A DNA stretch of 64,000 bases, taken from assembly GCA_963771175.1 (NCBI GenBank), contig CAVYSY010000032.1, forward strand, positions 288,001 through 352,000. The letters run 5' to 3'. The notes below the pieces were generated by a model, which made no database searches, had not been told where the DNA came from, and saw only the letters and a list, made by a program, of their open reading frames with translations. The DNA comes from an uncultured delta proteobacterium (lineage in GTDB: Bacteria > Myxococcota > Myxococcia > Myxococcales > Myxococcaceae). Below are positions 18,981 to 33,100 of the stretch, piece by piece (positions within the stretch are counted from its first letter, which is position 1; the number at the start of each line of letters is the position of its first letter). A program made the translations under genes and the position numbers.

Positions 18981-20274
18981 ACGCGAAAGCCCTTCTCCTC
19001 TCGCTCGTCCTCCTTCCGCTGGCGGCGCTCGCCCAGGCGCCCGTCATCCAGATCTCCGGCGCCAACTTCCGCCCCTGCCGCTCGCCGTCTCCGCCGCCGC
19101 TGGCGCAGGGCGAGGAGGCCAAGGCGCCCGCCCGGGAGTTCGACGACGCGCTCATGTTCGACCTGCGCGCCTCCGGCCTCTTCCAGGTGCTCGACCGGGC
19201 CAGCTTCCTCGCCGACGCGAAGGAGGGCATCACCGCGGGCAGCATCAACTTCTCGCGCTGGGCGGACGTGGGCGCCGAGTCGCTGGTGAAGGTACTCGCT
19301 GGCCCAGGACGGCGGCGAGCTGCACGGCCGAGCTGCGCCTGTTCAACGTGGGCAGCGGCCGCGAGGACTTCAAGGCGGCCCAGAGCGCGCCCGCCGCGGA
19401 GCCGCGCCTGCTGGCCCACAAGCTCGCGGACGCCTCTACCGCCACTTCACCCGCGAGCCGAGCCCCTTCCTCTCGCGCATCGCCTTCGTGCGCAAGAGCG
19501 GGCAACAACCGGGACGTGTGGGTGGCGGACTGGGACGGCAGCAACGCGCAGCAGCGTCACGCAGCGGCGGCATCAACCTGCTGCCGGCGCTCGGGCCCGG
19601 ACGGCGTCGGTGGCCTTCACCTCGTACCGCAGGGCAGACCGGAGCTCTACGTCCGGCAGCCGGACGGCGACTCGGTGCGGCTGAAGCGTCCGAGGGCGAG
19701 ATGGCCACCGGCGTGGCCTTCTCGCCGGACGGCAAGCGCATCGCGTACGCGCTGGCCGAGGGCGAGAGCGCGCAACTCTGGGTGGCCAACGCGGACGGCA
19801 GCGGCGCGAAGCGGCTCACCGACACGCGCTTCGGCATCAACTCCAGCCCCTCGTGGTCTCCGGACGGCAAGCGCATCGCCTTCGTGTCCAACCGCGGCGG
19901 CATCGCCGCAGGTGTACGTGATGAACGCGGACGGCTCGAGCGTGCGGCGGCTCACCTTCCAGGGCAACTACAACCAGACGCCGGACTGGTCCCCGCGCGG
20001 GGACCTCATCGCCTTCACCGCGCGCGACGAGCGCAACGCCTTCGACCTCTTCACGGTGAACGTGGACACGGGCAAGGTGACGCGCCTCACGCAGGACCAG
20101 GCGAACAACGAGGAGCCCTCCTTCTCGCCCAACGGCCGCCTCATCGTCTTCACCTCCACGCGCAACGGCTCGCCGCAGCTCTTCGTGATGACGGCGGACG
20201 GCAACAACCAGGTGCCGCTGCCCGATGGAGAAGGGCGCGTACCTGACGCCCGATTGGGGCCGCTGAGCGTGTAG
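18977..20274 (+). CDS. tolB: TolB (AglW-like) beta-propeller protein
   Basis: PD40 repeats SPDGKRIAY, PSWSPDGKRIAFVS, PDWSPRGD, PSFSPNGR; many frameshifts; end approximate. Confidence 0.88.
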
Positions 20275-20277
20275 GCG

Positions 20278-20310
20278 CCCCCTCCCCTGGGAGCGGGCGG
20301 GGGTGAGGGT
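20278..20310. repeat. REP-like GC-rich extragenic palindrome
   Basis: ccccctcccctgggagcgggcgggggtgaggg, similar to the common CCCTCTCCC..GGGAGAGGG..GGGGTGAGGG element; single copy in this window. Confidence 0.45.
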
Positions 20311-20325
20311 TACAGTCCGTGCCTC

Positions 20326-21513
20326 ATGAACGCCTCCCCCTTCCGCTCCCACTGGTCCCTCGACCCCGAGGTGACCTTCCTCAACCACGGCTCCTTCGGC
20401 GCCTGCCCCACGCGGTGCTCGAGGACCAGTCCCGGCTGCGCGCGCGCCTGGAGGCCGAGCCGGTGCGCTTCCTCCACCGGGAGCTGGAGGCGCTGCTCGA
20501 CGCGGCCCGCGCGGCACTCGCCGCCTTCCTGGATGCGGACGCGGACGACCTCGCCTTCGTGCACCAACGCCACCACGGGCGTGAACACCGTGCTGCGCTC
20601 GCTGCGCTTCGCCCCGGGTGACGAGCTGCTCACCACCGACCACGAGTACAACGCCTCGCGCAACGCACTGGACTTCGTGGCCCGCCACTGGGGCGCGAAG
20701 GTGGTGGTGGCGAAGCTGCCCTGGCCCGTGACCTCGTCCCAGGCCGTGGTGGACGCGGTGCTCGCGCACGTCACCGCGCGCACCCGGCTGCTGCTCATCG
20801 ACCACATCACCAGCCAGACGGCGCTGGTGCTCCCCGTGGCCGAGCTCATCCGCGCGCTGCGCGAGCGCGGCGTGGAGACGCTCGTGGACGGAGCCCACGG
20901 CCCCGGGCATGCTGCCCCTGTCCCTGCGCACGCTGGGCGTCGCGCTACTACACGGGCAACTGCCACAAGTGGCTGTGCGCGCCCAAGGGCGCTGCCTTCC
21001 TCTACGTGCGCCGGGACCTGCAGCCGGGCCTCCGCCCGCTCGTCATCAGCCACGGCTACAACTCGCGGCGCAGGGACCGCTCCCAGTTCCGCCTCGACTT
21101 CGACTGGACCGGGACGGGAGACCCCACGCCCGTTCCTCTGCGTGCCCAAGGCGCTGGAGGTGGTGGGAGGCATGCTGCCCGGCGGCTGGCCGGAGGTGAT
21201 GGCCTCCAACCGCGCCAAGGCGCTGACGGCGCGCGCCTTCCTGTGCGAGCGGCTCGGGGTGGCACCCCACTGCCCCGAGGAGATGGTGGGCTCCATGGCC
21301 ACCGTGGCCCTGCCGGATGGCTTCCCCGCCGAGCCCTCCGCCCTCGGGCTGGACCCGCTCCAGGACCGGCTCCTCTTCGAGCACGGCATCGAGGTGCCCA
21401 TCACCCCCTGGCCCCGGCCGCCACACCGCCACGTCCGCGTGTCCGCCCAGCTCTACAACTCGCACGCGGAGTACCAGCGGCTGGCGGAAGCTTTGGACGC
21501 GCTGCTGCGCTGA
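20326..21513 (+). CDS. Class V PLP-dependent aminotransferase (isopenicillin-N epimerase / C-S lyase-like)
   Basis: [48 protein letters not shown]; frameshifts. Confidence 0.88.
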   Translation: MNASPFRSHWSLDPEVTFLNHGSFGACPTRCSRTSPGCARAWRPSRCASSTGSWRRCSTRPARHSPPSWMRTRTTSPSCTNATTGVNTVLRSLRFAPGDELLTTDHEYNASRNALDFVARHWGAKVVVAKLPWPVTSSQAVVDAVLAHVTARTRLLLIDHITSQTALVLPVAELIRALRERGVETLVDGAHGPGHAAPVPAHAGRRATTRATATSGCARPRALPSSTCAGTCSRASARSSSATATTRGAGTAPSSASTSTGPGRETPRPFLCVPKALEVVGGMLPGGWPEVMASNRAKALTARAFLCERLGVAPHCPEEMVGSMATVALPDGFPAEPSALGLDPLQDRLLFEHGIEVPITPWPRPPHRHVRVSAQLYNSHAEYQRLAEALDALLR

Positions 21514-21527
21514 GTAGGCTCCGTCGG

Positions 21528-22463
21528 ATGCCTCGTTACGCCACCATCGACGTCGGGACCAACTCGGTCCTCCTGCTCGTCGCCGACCGCCTTCCCGATG
21601 GCCGCTTCCAGGCCGTGCAGGAGCGCGCGGAAATCACCCGCCTGGGCCGCGGCGTGGACAAGAGCCGCCGCCTCTCTCCCGAGGGGATGAACGCCACCCT
21701 CCAGGTGCTGTCCGACTTCGCCAGCGAGGCGCGCGAGCCTGGGCGCCGAGGCCATCGCCGTGTCCGCCACCAGCGCGGCGCGCGACGCGGAGAACGGCGC
21801 CGAGTTCCTCGCCGCCGCCCGGGAGCGCGCCGGCGTGACGGTGGACATCATCTCCGGCGAGCTGGAGGCGCAGCTCTCCTTCTCCTCGGCCTACGCGGAC
21901 TTCGGGCGCGAGGCGGCCGGGCCCGCTGGTGGTGCTGGACATCGGCGGCGGCTCCACCGAGTTCATCTACGGCGACAAGCGAGGGCCACGTGGCCTTCCG
22001 GCACAGCTTCGACGTGGGCTCGGTGCGGATGACCGAGCGCTTCGTGAAGTCGGACCCGATGTCCGCCGAGGACCGGGCCCGCGTGGAGTCGCACCTGCGC
22101 AGAGACCTTCTCCGCCCTGCCCCCCGCCCTCCGGGAGCACAGCTCGTGGGCGTCGCCGGCACGGTGACGACGCTCTACACCGTGCGGCACGCCATCGACC
22201 CGTATGACGCCGCGCGCGTCCACGGGCGGCACCCTCACCCGCGCCGAACTGGAGTCGCTGGCGGACCTGCTGTGCCGGCTGCCCCTCGCCGAGCGCCACG
22301 AAGCTGCCCGGCCTGCAACCCAAACGCGCGGACGTGATTCCCGCCGGCGCCCTCATCCTGCTCGAGAGCGCTGCGGGCGCTCGGGCTCGAGAGCTGCCGG
22401 GTGAGCGACCGCGGCCTGCGCTGGGGCCTGCTCGCGCACCGCTTCGGAGCCACCCCTTCATGA
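21528..22463 (+). CDS. Ppx/GppA family phosphatase
   Basis: [51 protein letters not shown]; frameshifts. Confidence 0.9.
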
Positions 22464-23723
22464 GCATCCCCACCGCCGTGGCCACCCCCTCCGCTCCTAC
22501 CGCCCCCGCCGCCGCGCGCACCGGCTACTACGCGCTGCTCATCCTCACGCTCATCAACCTGGTCAACTACCTCGACCGGTACATCGTCGCGGTCGGCGCT
22601 GCCCTACATCAAGAAGGACTTCCAGCTCACCGACACGCAGTCGGGCTACCTGGGCAGCTTCTTCATCGTCGTGTTCATGCTGGCCTCGCCCCTGGGCGGC
22701 TTCCTCGGAGACCGGGTGCCGCGGCGGTTCCTGGTGGCCGCCGGCGTGCTGCTGTGGAGCCTGGCCACGGGGGCCTCGGGACTGGCCACCACCTTCGCCG
22801 TGCTGATGGTGGCGCGGGCCTGTGTGGGCATCGGCGAGGCGGGTTACGGCGCGGTGGCCCCGTCCATCATCTCCGACCTCTTCCCGCGCGAGCAGCGCAC
22901 GCAGGTGCTGTCCTTCTTCTACATCGCCATCCCCGTGGGAGCGGCGGCGGGCTACGGGCTGGGCGGGTGGCTGAGCGAGGCCTACTCGTGGCACGTGGCC
23001 TTCTTCGTGGGCGGCGCGCCGGGCCTGGTGCTGGGCGCCCTGGCCTTCTTCATGCCCGAGCCCCAGCGTGGCGCCATGGACGGGGCCGAGGGCCAGAAGA
23101 AGCTGCCCTTCCTGGTGGGCCTCAAGGGACTGGCGCGCAACACGGCCTTCTGGTGGACCACGACGGGCTACACGCTGATGACGTTCGCCATCGGCGGGCT
23201 GGCCTTCTGGCTGCCCACGTTCCTCGTGCGCGAGCGCGCGATGACCGCGGACAAGGCGGGCTTCCTCTCCGGCGCCGTCACCGCCCTGGCGGGTCTGCTG
23301 GGCACGCTCGCCGGCGGCTGGCTGGGCGACAAGATGGACCGGCGGATGCCGGGCGGCGGCCTGCGCATGTCCGGCGTGGGACTGCTGCTCGCGGCCCCGC
23401 TCATGTTCCTGTCGGTGCAGGTCCACGCGCTCTGGCCGATGTTCGCCATCATCTTCCTGGCGCAGTTCCTCATCTTCCTCAACAGCGGCCCCATCAACGC
23501 GGCCATCGTCAACAGCGTGCCTCCGGCGTTCCGCGCCTTCGCCATGGGGCTCAACGTGCTGTGCATCCACCTGCTGGGCGACGCCATCTCGCCCACCGCC
23601 ATCGGCAAGCTGGCCGACATGGCCAGCCTGGGCCTCGCCATCGAGCTCAACGCCCTCCCCGTCCTGCTGGGCGGCGCGGCGCTGCTCGTGGCCGGAAAGC
23701 TGTTCAAGCAGCCCGCGACCTGA
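22460..23723 (+). CDS. Spinster-like MFS transporter
   Basis: LINLVNYLDRY, GIGEAGYGAVAPSIISDLFP, IHLLGDAISP; one frameshift ~22590. Confidence 0.9.
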
Positions 23724-23865
23724 AGCACCCGGTGGACTCCGGCGCCCGGCTGCCTTCCGACCGGGCGCGCGTGTCCTCGCGGGCGGAGTCTTCACTGGGA
23801 CTCTCCGAGCGCTCGACCTTGAGTAGCATGAGCACGTTCCTTGGGGGGATGGCTTGGAGACACCC

Positions 23866-24165
23866 GTGACGCAACCCACCCGGATCCGCCTCACCCTGTG
23901 CAAGGGGGCGCTGGCGCAGCTCCTTCCCCACCTCGCCACGCAGCCCCATGCACTGCACACGGTCTCACTCGCGAACAGCTATGCCGCGAACCTGCGGCAG
24001 GTGCTCACCGCGCATTACGGCATCCCTCACGTCGAGGTGCTTGTCCGCCCCGAACAGATCGGCCGCATGCAACTCGTTCTCGACGGCCGAGGTGTCGATG
24101 GCGACACAGAGCGCGAGAGAATCTGGGAGATGGCCCGGAAGGTTTCCCAGTATGTCTACGCCTGA
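23866..24165 (+). CDS. Small hypothetical protein (~99 aa)
   Basis: GGAGA RBS + GTG, protein-like composition. Confidence 0.55.
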   Translation: MTQPTRIRLTLCKGALAQLLPHLATQPHALHTVSLANSYAANLRQVLTAHYGIPHVEVLVRPEQIGRMQLVLDGRGVDGDTERERIWEMARKVSQYVYA

Positions 24166-24207
24166 GCCGGGGTCATCCCGGCGCTACGTCGACACACTGG
24201 AGGACTC

Positions 24208-26530
<2,323 letters not shown>

Positions 26531-26534
26531 GCGC

Positions 26535-28787
26535 CTACCGCCCGCCCTTGCGGACGGAGATCTCCACGATGAAGTCCGGGCCCTGTTCCGCGCGGCTCTC
26601 GGCCCGCTCCAGCACGGCGGGCCGGTCGTCGCCGGTCCACAGGCCCAGCAGGTCGTAGGTCATCCACTGCGCCAGCGAGCGCGCCACCCGCTGCGCTCCC
26701 TCCCGAGGCACCGTCGAGAGCGACTCCTGCGTATCCATCAGCCCTCGCACCAGCCGCGCGGGCACCATCCAGCACTCGGCGCGCAACGAGGGCGGCACCA
26801 GGAACAAGCAGTAGGAGGACTCCGTCTTCCCGAGCAGCTCGTCCACCTGCTCCCGCCCGAGCCGGAGGTTCGGCGCCCACTGTCCTTCCCCTCGCCGCTC
26901 CAGCTTCCTCGCCTGCACCAGCACCACCCGCTTCGTCGTGAGGAAGGAGTCCACCTCGACCTTCAGCACGAAGGCCAGCTCCACCCCGGCGGGCCGCGGG
27001 TTCTCCGGGGTCGTCTCCCCCTCCACGGGCTCACGGGTCCTCCGGTACTGGAGGTCCAGTTCCAGCGGCACGGGCTGTCCCTGCGAGAGCAGGATCGACA
27101 GGTCCGAGCGGATGCTCTCGAACTCGTGCTTCAGATCCTCCAGTAGCCGTGTGACGAGCTGCGCCTCGTCCTCCCGGAAGTGCTCCGGGTAGCGCGCGGA
27201 GAAGTCCCGCTCCACGCGGCTGAACGCCCCCAGGAGCAGCTCCTCCAAATCCCTGTCCCGCAGCCACGTTCTGCCCCCGCCGAGTCCCATCGTCCCCGAG
27301 GCACGCAGGTGGCGCAGGGCCCCCGTCAGCGTCGCGGGCGTCGCCGGCTCGGACGCGGCATCCGACCCGGCCGCCAGCCAGGCATTGATGGCTCGCACGC
27401 GGAACCGCACGCGCGTGGACGGATGCTCGCCCAGGCGGCGCAACTGACGCCGATCCGTGGACGTCTTCACCAGCGACAGCGTCACCAGCTCCGCCTCGGA
27501 GGCGGCCGCATCCGGGGCACACCACAGGAAGAACTCGATCGCCGCCTTCCGGAGCACGGGCTTCTTCGCGAACCGCCGGGTGACCTCCTGCCTCCACGCC
27601 GTCAGCTCGTCCGCTCCGGGCCGATGCTCCGACTCGACGCGGGGCCACAGGTCCGCGCACTCCTCGGCCAGCCAGTACAGGGCGTCCGCCACGGGCAGGG
27701 CACGCACCTGCTCGCGCGCACGATTCCTGCGCTCGAAGGAATCCTCCGAGCCCTGGCGCAGCGCCACCCGGAAGATGCGCTCCTCCAGCCACAGCAGCAC
27801 GAGCGCCAGTCCGGGCTCGACCTTGGGATTCAGGCGCTCCCAGCACTTGTCCGCCACGAGCCGGTGCCGGTCGAGCTCCTTGTCCTCGTGGATGCTGACC
27901 ACCAATGCCTGCAGGGCGCCGCGAAGGCCCTCCACCGGGGCCTCGAAGTACGCGAGCAGCTCACTGAGGTTCTCGATGACCGCCAACGCTCCTCCCTCTT
28001 CGAGGTTCCTGGCGAGCAGCAGGCTCGCCCGCGAGCACCACCGGGCCTCGCCCTTGCCCTGCGCGTAGCACCCCAGGAAGCCGCGCAGCTCGCTCCGGCC
28101 CTCGGGCGAGGCCACCATCTGGAAGAGCTTCTCCTCGAGGATGTCCCGGCACTCGCGCCAGGGAATCCTCGCCGCCCGCTCCCGGATGAAGCCCACCAGC
28201 TTGTCCCGGCCCTCGCGCAGGTACGGCAGCAGCGCCCTCAACTGATCGAGCCGCCCGATGACGCGCCGCTCGGAGCCGAGGAGCACCTTCAGGTCCAGCT
28301 CCACCGTCCCGTTGAACCGCAGCACCTTCCCGTCGAACGTGCAGCGCACGCCGTTCACGAGGGCCACCAGCTCCTCGGGATGACGCTTGAGGTACCGGAT
28401 CAGCACCTTGGAGAGCTCGGCCTCCACCTCGCGCACGAACGGCTCCACCGCCTCGCCCTGCCCCTCCAGCACCAGGACGAGCTGCTCCTGCCGCGAGATC
28501 AGCCGCTGGAGCAGCTCCCTCGGCGGCTCCGAGTAGGGCCACAACAGCTCGCCGCAGTGGACCAGCAGGAACAGCAGCTCGCCGGGAGACCGGGAGCCGG
28601 AGTCCAGCCGGGACCACGTGGCCGCCTGGGCCATCTCGCGCTCTTCCAGCGTGGCAGCGCGCACCCACTCGGCGAGCCGCTCCGTCCACTGGGGACGCGA
28701 GCTCAGCAACGCCTCGGGGCTGGAGCCAGCCACCTGCTCGTAGAGCGCCTGGATGGAGTCAGGCCACTTGTCGTTGCCGGGAGACAC
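26535..28787 (-). CDS. 750-aa hypothetical protein: helical N-terminal region, possible degenerate PD-(D/E)XK-like C-terminal domain
   Basis: Intact ORF; C-terminal AGVELAFVLKV..KRVVLVQARKL..SYCLFL. Confidence 0.75.
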   Translation of the reverse strand: MSPGNDKWPDSIQALYEQVAGSSPEALLSSRPQWTERLAEWVRAATLEEREMAQAATWSRLDSGSRSPGELLFLLVHCGELLWPYSEPPRELLQRLISRQEQLVLVLEGQGEAVEPFVREVEAELSKVLIRYLKRHPEELVALVNGVRCTFDGKVLRFNGTVELDLKVLLGSERRVIGRLDQLRALLPYLREGRDKLVGFIRERAARIPWRECRDILEEKLFQMVASPEGRSELRGFLGCYAQGKGEARWCSRASLLLARNLEEGGALAVIENLSELLAYFEAPVEGLRGALQALVVSIHEDKELDRHRLVADKCWERLNPKVEPGLALVLLWLEERIFRVALRQGSEDSFERRNRAREQVRALPVADALYWLAEECADLWPRVESEHRPGADELTAWRQEVTRRFAKKPVLRKAAIEFFLWCAPDAAASEAELVTLSLVKTSTDRRQLRRLGEHPSTRVRFRVRAINAWLAAGSDAASEPATPATLTGALRHLRASGTMGLGGGRTWLRDRDLEELLLGAFSRVERDFSARYPEHFREDEAQLVTRLLEDLKHEFESIRSDLSILLSQGQPVPLELDLQYRRTREPVEGETTPENPRPAGVELAFVLKVEVDSFLTTKRVVLVQARKLERRGEGQWAPNLRLGREQVDELLGKTESSYCLFLVPPSLRAECWMVPARLVRGLMDTQESLSTVPREGAQRVARSLAQWMTYDLLGLWTGDDRPAVLERAESRAEQGPDFIVEISVRKGGR

Positions 28788-30140
28788 TCACTGTCCTGTT
28801 ACCACAGCTAATGGCGCGACGGGCGGCTCCAGACGCGGCTGGTACTCGCTGGCCAGTTGCTCCACCTCCGCCGCCAGCCGCTCGCCCTCTTGGAGCAGCA
28901 GGGCCTTCAGCCGCACACGGCTGCCCAGTGTGAAGAACAGGGACACGTCCCGCAGCAACACCAGCCACCGCTCGGAGAAGTACAGGGTGAAGAGCGCCAG
29001 CGGAGGCACGCCCATGCCCACCGTCAGCCCCAGCGCCGGCCCGCCCCACAGCCACGCCCCCACCGTCAGCACCGCCCACCACACCAGCGACATCACCAGC
29101 GCCGCGAGGAACTTCACCGTGGCCTGCACGTCCAGCTCGGCCTTCCGGCTCACCCACCGCGGGAAGAGGTACGGCACGTAGAACAGCCCGAGCCCCAGCG
29201 CGAGCAGCGGCATCCCGAACACGAGCAGCAGCAGGTTCTTCAACACGAAGCGCGTCACCGGTCCGGGCTGGTACTCCAGCGCCAGGTCCGTCGGGTCCGC
29301 GCGCACCAGGCCCAGCCGGCGATGGAAGGACATCAGGACCCCGCGCATCCGCTCGAAGCGCTCGGGCTGCTCGGAGCGGAAGAGCTCCAGCCCCCGCGCC
29401 CAGTGCCGCAGCCGCTCGGGGTCCATCCGCTCCTTCTGCCGGAAGGCGTAGAGCTGCTCGGCGAGCTGGATGAGCGGGAGGTCCTCCCACTTGTCCAGGT
29501 TGAGGGTGACGGACTTGAGCCCCTCGGCGATGCGCTCGGTGAGCTTGCGCACCGACTCCACCTCGCTGGCCTCGTCCGCCGGGAGGAAGTCCCGCACCTC
29601 GATGGGCGTGCCCACCTCGATGAGCACCTCGCTGCGGAACAGGCTCTTGTCCGCGTACGTGAGGCCCACCGGGACGATGCGCACCGGCGCCCCCTGCTTC
29701 GCCGCCCCGAGCGCGATGCGAGCCGCCCCCGTCTTCAGCTCCGCCAGCGAGGGCTCCGAGTGGCTCTTCCCCTCGGGGAAGAGGGTGATGGCCCGCCCCT
29801 CCACCAGTGCCCCGCGCGCCGCATCCAGCGTCCCCTCGTTCTTCCCCATCTGCGAGGGGTCGTCCTGCTTGCGGTACACCGGCAGCGCTCGCAGCCCCTT
29901 CAGCAACCAGCCGATGACGGGCAGGCGGAACAGTGGCGCCTTGGCCAGGAACGTCACATGCCGACGCGTGAGGATGAACACCAGGGCCGGGTCGATGAGC
30001 CCGTTGGGATGGTTGCCCACGAACATGACCGGGCCCTCGGGCTCGGCCGCCGGAGCGTTCACCTTCACCCGGTAGAAGAGCCGAAGCGCCAGGGCCACCA
30101 CTGCACGCACGAAGCCGTAGAACACGCGCGCAGTGTACAC
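28788..30140 (-). CDS. PlsC-like lysophospholipid acyltransferase with C-terminal TM helices
   Basis: NHPNGLID (HX4D), FLAKAPLF, LFPEGKSH. Confidence 0.9.
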   Translation of the reverse strand: MYTARVFYGFVRAVVALALRLFYRVKVNAPAAEPEGPVMFVGNHPNGLIDPALVFILTRRHVTFLAKAPLFRLPVIGWLLKGLRALPVYRKQDDPSQMGKNEGTLDAARGALVEGRAITLFPEGKSHSEPSLAELKTGAARIALGAAKQGAPVRIVPVGLTYADKSLFRSEVLIEVGTPIEVRDFLPADEASEVESVRKLTERIAEGLKSVTLNLDKWEDLPLIQLAEQLYAFRQKERMDPERLRHWARGLELFRSEQPERFERMRGVLMSFHRRLGLVRADPTDLALEYQPGPVTRFVLKNLLLLVFGMPLLALGLGLFYVPYLFPRWVSRKAELDVQATVKFLAALVMSLVWWAVLTVGAWLWGGPALGLTVGMGVPPLALFTLYFSERWLVLLRDVSLFFTLGSRVRLKALLLQEGERLAAEVEQLASEYQPRLEPPVAPLAVVTGQ

Positions 30141-30187
30141 CGGGTGGCGTTCGGAGAAGACCCGCCCCCCACCCGATACCGCCGGGG

Positions 30188-33100
30188 TCAGAAAGTGCCG
30201 ATGCTGAAGTGGAGCTGGAACTCCGGCTCGTTGAGCGTCTGGTCCGGATCCAGGTTCACGCCGACGTCCAGGGCCAGCGGACCCACCGGCGTCTGGTAGC
30301 GCAACCCCGCGCCCGTCGTGTAGCGGAGCGCCGCGAGATCGAACTGTGCTCGGTCCAGCCAGAGGTTGCCCGCCTCCAGGAAGAGGCCCAGGTCGAAGGA
30401 GGAGCGCACGGGAATCCGCACCTCGCCCTTCGCCAGGGTGAAGAGCTGCCCGCCTTCACTGGTGGGCGATTGGCCGCCGAGGATGGCCAGCAGATCCGCG
30501 CCGCACCCCGCCGGATGGATGAGCGAGCGGCAGTCGGCCACCTGCCGCCGCAGCTCCGTGCGCCGATCCTCCGCGAGGAGACCATCCTCCCGGAAGCCGC
30601 GCAGGCTGCTGGAGCCGCCCAGGTAGAAGCGCTTGGGGCCGATGACCCAGGCCTGGTCCTCCAGCGGCACGATGGTGCCCGCACGCACCGACAGGGCCAG
30701 CACCGCCCGCGCGGGCAGCGGCGCGTACATGCTCACGTTCCCCGAGAGCTTCAACCCGTTGATGGGTTGTGCGTCCACCGGCTCGCCCACGCTGTTGAGC
30801 GGCCGCGAGCGGATGTCCCGCATCAGCTCGGCGGTGGTGGCCACCACCAGGCCCTTGCGCGGGTTGACCGGGTCATCCCGCAGGTCCACCGAGGCCGACG
30901 AGCGCAGCGAGTGCATGAAGAAGAAGCCGAAGGGGAAGCGCAGCCGCTCCTGGTCCGCGCGGCTCGGCGTGGTGAGCGTGCGGGAGCCCACCTCCATCAG
31001 GTTGCCCTCCAGCTCGTACTGCAGCGTGAAGTTCAGCCAGCGCGTCGCCGACCAGTCCAGGCCCGCCATTGCCGCCAGCCGGCTGGAGAGGTACGAGGGC
31101 CGGTGCACGCGCTCGCCGACCAGGTCGAAGCGCGCCCCCACCTCCGCCGGCAGCAGGCCGTAGAGCCGCGGCTGCACCGCCGACAGCACCAGGCGCCCAC
31201 CGAAGTCGTTCAGCCAGGACTCGGACGCCAGGCACTCCGCCGGTGGCGGCAGTCCCGCGTCGCTCACCCGCTTGCAGTCGAGGGCCTTCTCCAGCGCCGT
31301 CGCGTTCGCGCCCGCGTAGTTGATCTTCAACCGGCCCGACAGGTTGAGGCCACGCCCGTCGATGTTCGACCAGGTCGTGTCCGCCACCAGGCGCGGACCT
31401 TCGGCCAGGAAGTACCCGCCGGCGACCTCGCCCTCCAGACGCGGGCGCTCGCGCACCTCCACCACCACGTCCTTGCTGGCCTCCGGCACGTCCGACTTCT
31501 CCAGCCGCACCGTCACCTGCCGGAAGATGTTGAGGAGCGCCAGCCGGCGCTGGCTCTCGAACATCTTCTCGGGATCCAACACCTCGTCCTCCTTGAGGTG
31601 GATCGTCGCGCGCACCACCTCCTCGTTGGTGCGAGTCGCCCCTCGGATGAGCACGCGGCCCACCGTCACCCGGGGCCCTGGCTCCAACCGGTAGAGGACG
31701 CTCACGCCCTTGCCCGCCGGCTTCGGGTCCACGTCCCCACGCGCGAAGAGGTAACCCTTGCGCGCCAGCTCCGCGACGAGCGCCTGCCGCCCCCGCTCCA
31801 CCGCGTCGAGACTCATCGGCTCGCCCGGCTTCACCGGCACCAGCCGATGGCCGTCGAAGCCCGGCGGGCCGCCCTCGACGCGCACCTCGGCCACCTGCAT
31901 CTGCGTGCCCTCGTGCACGTCGAACCAGGCCACGGCCGTACGCCGCGCCAGGTCCACCCGCAGCCGGGTGAAGCGCACCTGCGCCTCCAGGAAGCCCCGC
32001 TCGCGGTAGGCCTCCGTCATCGCCTCCGCGGCGCCCCGGTAGGCCTCCTCCACGAAGACGGTGGCCGGCTCATGCACCCACTCGGGAGGCCCCAGGAGGC
32101 GGCGGCCGCGTCCCGCCTGCTCCGTCGGGTCATCCAACAGGCGCGAGAGGCCAGCGGGCTGCGGCTCATTGGCGCGGAGGCTCTCGGTGAGCATCTCGCG
32201 CAGCACCTCGTTGGAGAACAGCGTGTTGCCCCGGAAGTTCACCCGCCACACGCGCAGTGGGTGGCCCTCCTCGATGTCGAAGGCGAGCACCGCCTCCTCT
32301 CCATCCGGACGGAGCACCTCGCGCGGCTCCACGTGGACGTCGTGGAAACCCCGGTAGCGGTAGAAGGACTCCAGCCGTCGCGCCAACCGCGCCACCGTCG
32401 AGGCATCCAGCGGCTCCGAGCCGTCGAAGATGACCACGCGCGCCAGCAGGGTGTCCGAGAAGCGGTGGTTGCCATGGAAGCGGAGGGTGAAACGAGGCCC
32501 GGCGGAGAGGGGCACCACCACCGTCGCCGCGTCTCCCGCCCCGGTGAGCGTGGGCTGGCCCACGATGGAGCGCCAATAGCCCCGCTCGCGCAGCAGCATC
32601 CGCAGCCGCTCCAGGCCGGAGTCCAGACCTCCGCGGTCCAGCACGCCGCCCACCTTCAGGCCCAGCGTGCCGATCAGCTCGGACAGAGGGAGCCCGGGGC
32701 TGCCCGACACCGAGACGGCCGCCACCCGCGTGGGATTGCCCTCGAAGAGGGTGAACACCAGCGACACGCCACCGGGCACCGACTCGCGCGTCACCTGCAC
32801 CCGCGCCTCGTTGTAGCCCTGGCGCCCGTACGCCCGCGACAGGCCCATCACCGCCGCCTGCAGCACGTCCTCGTCGAGTCGCTGGCCCACGGCGATGCCA
32901 TGCGTCCGCAGCTCCTCCACCAGGGCGGAGTCCTTCAGGACGACGTTGCCCTCCACGGCGAGCCGGAGGATGGGATGCATGGGCGTGAGCGCGAAGACCA
33001 CGCGCACGCCACCGGGCACGTCCACCGCGCGCACCACGATGTCGGAGAAACGCCCGCTGGCCCACAATCGCTCCACCGAGCGCCGCACGGCACGGGCCGA

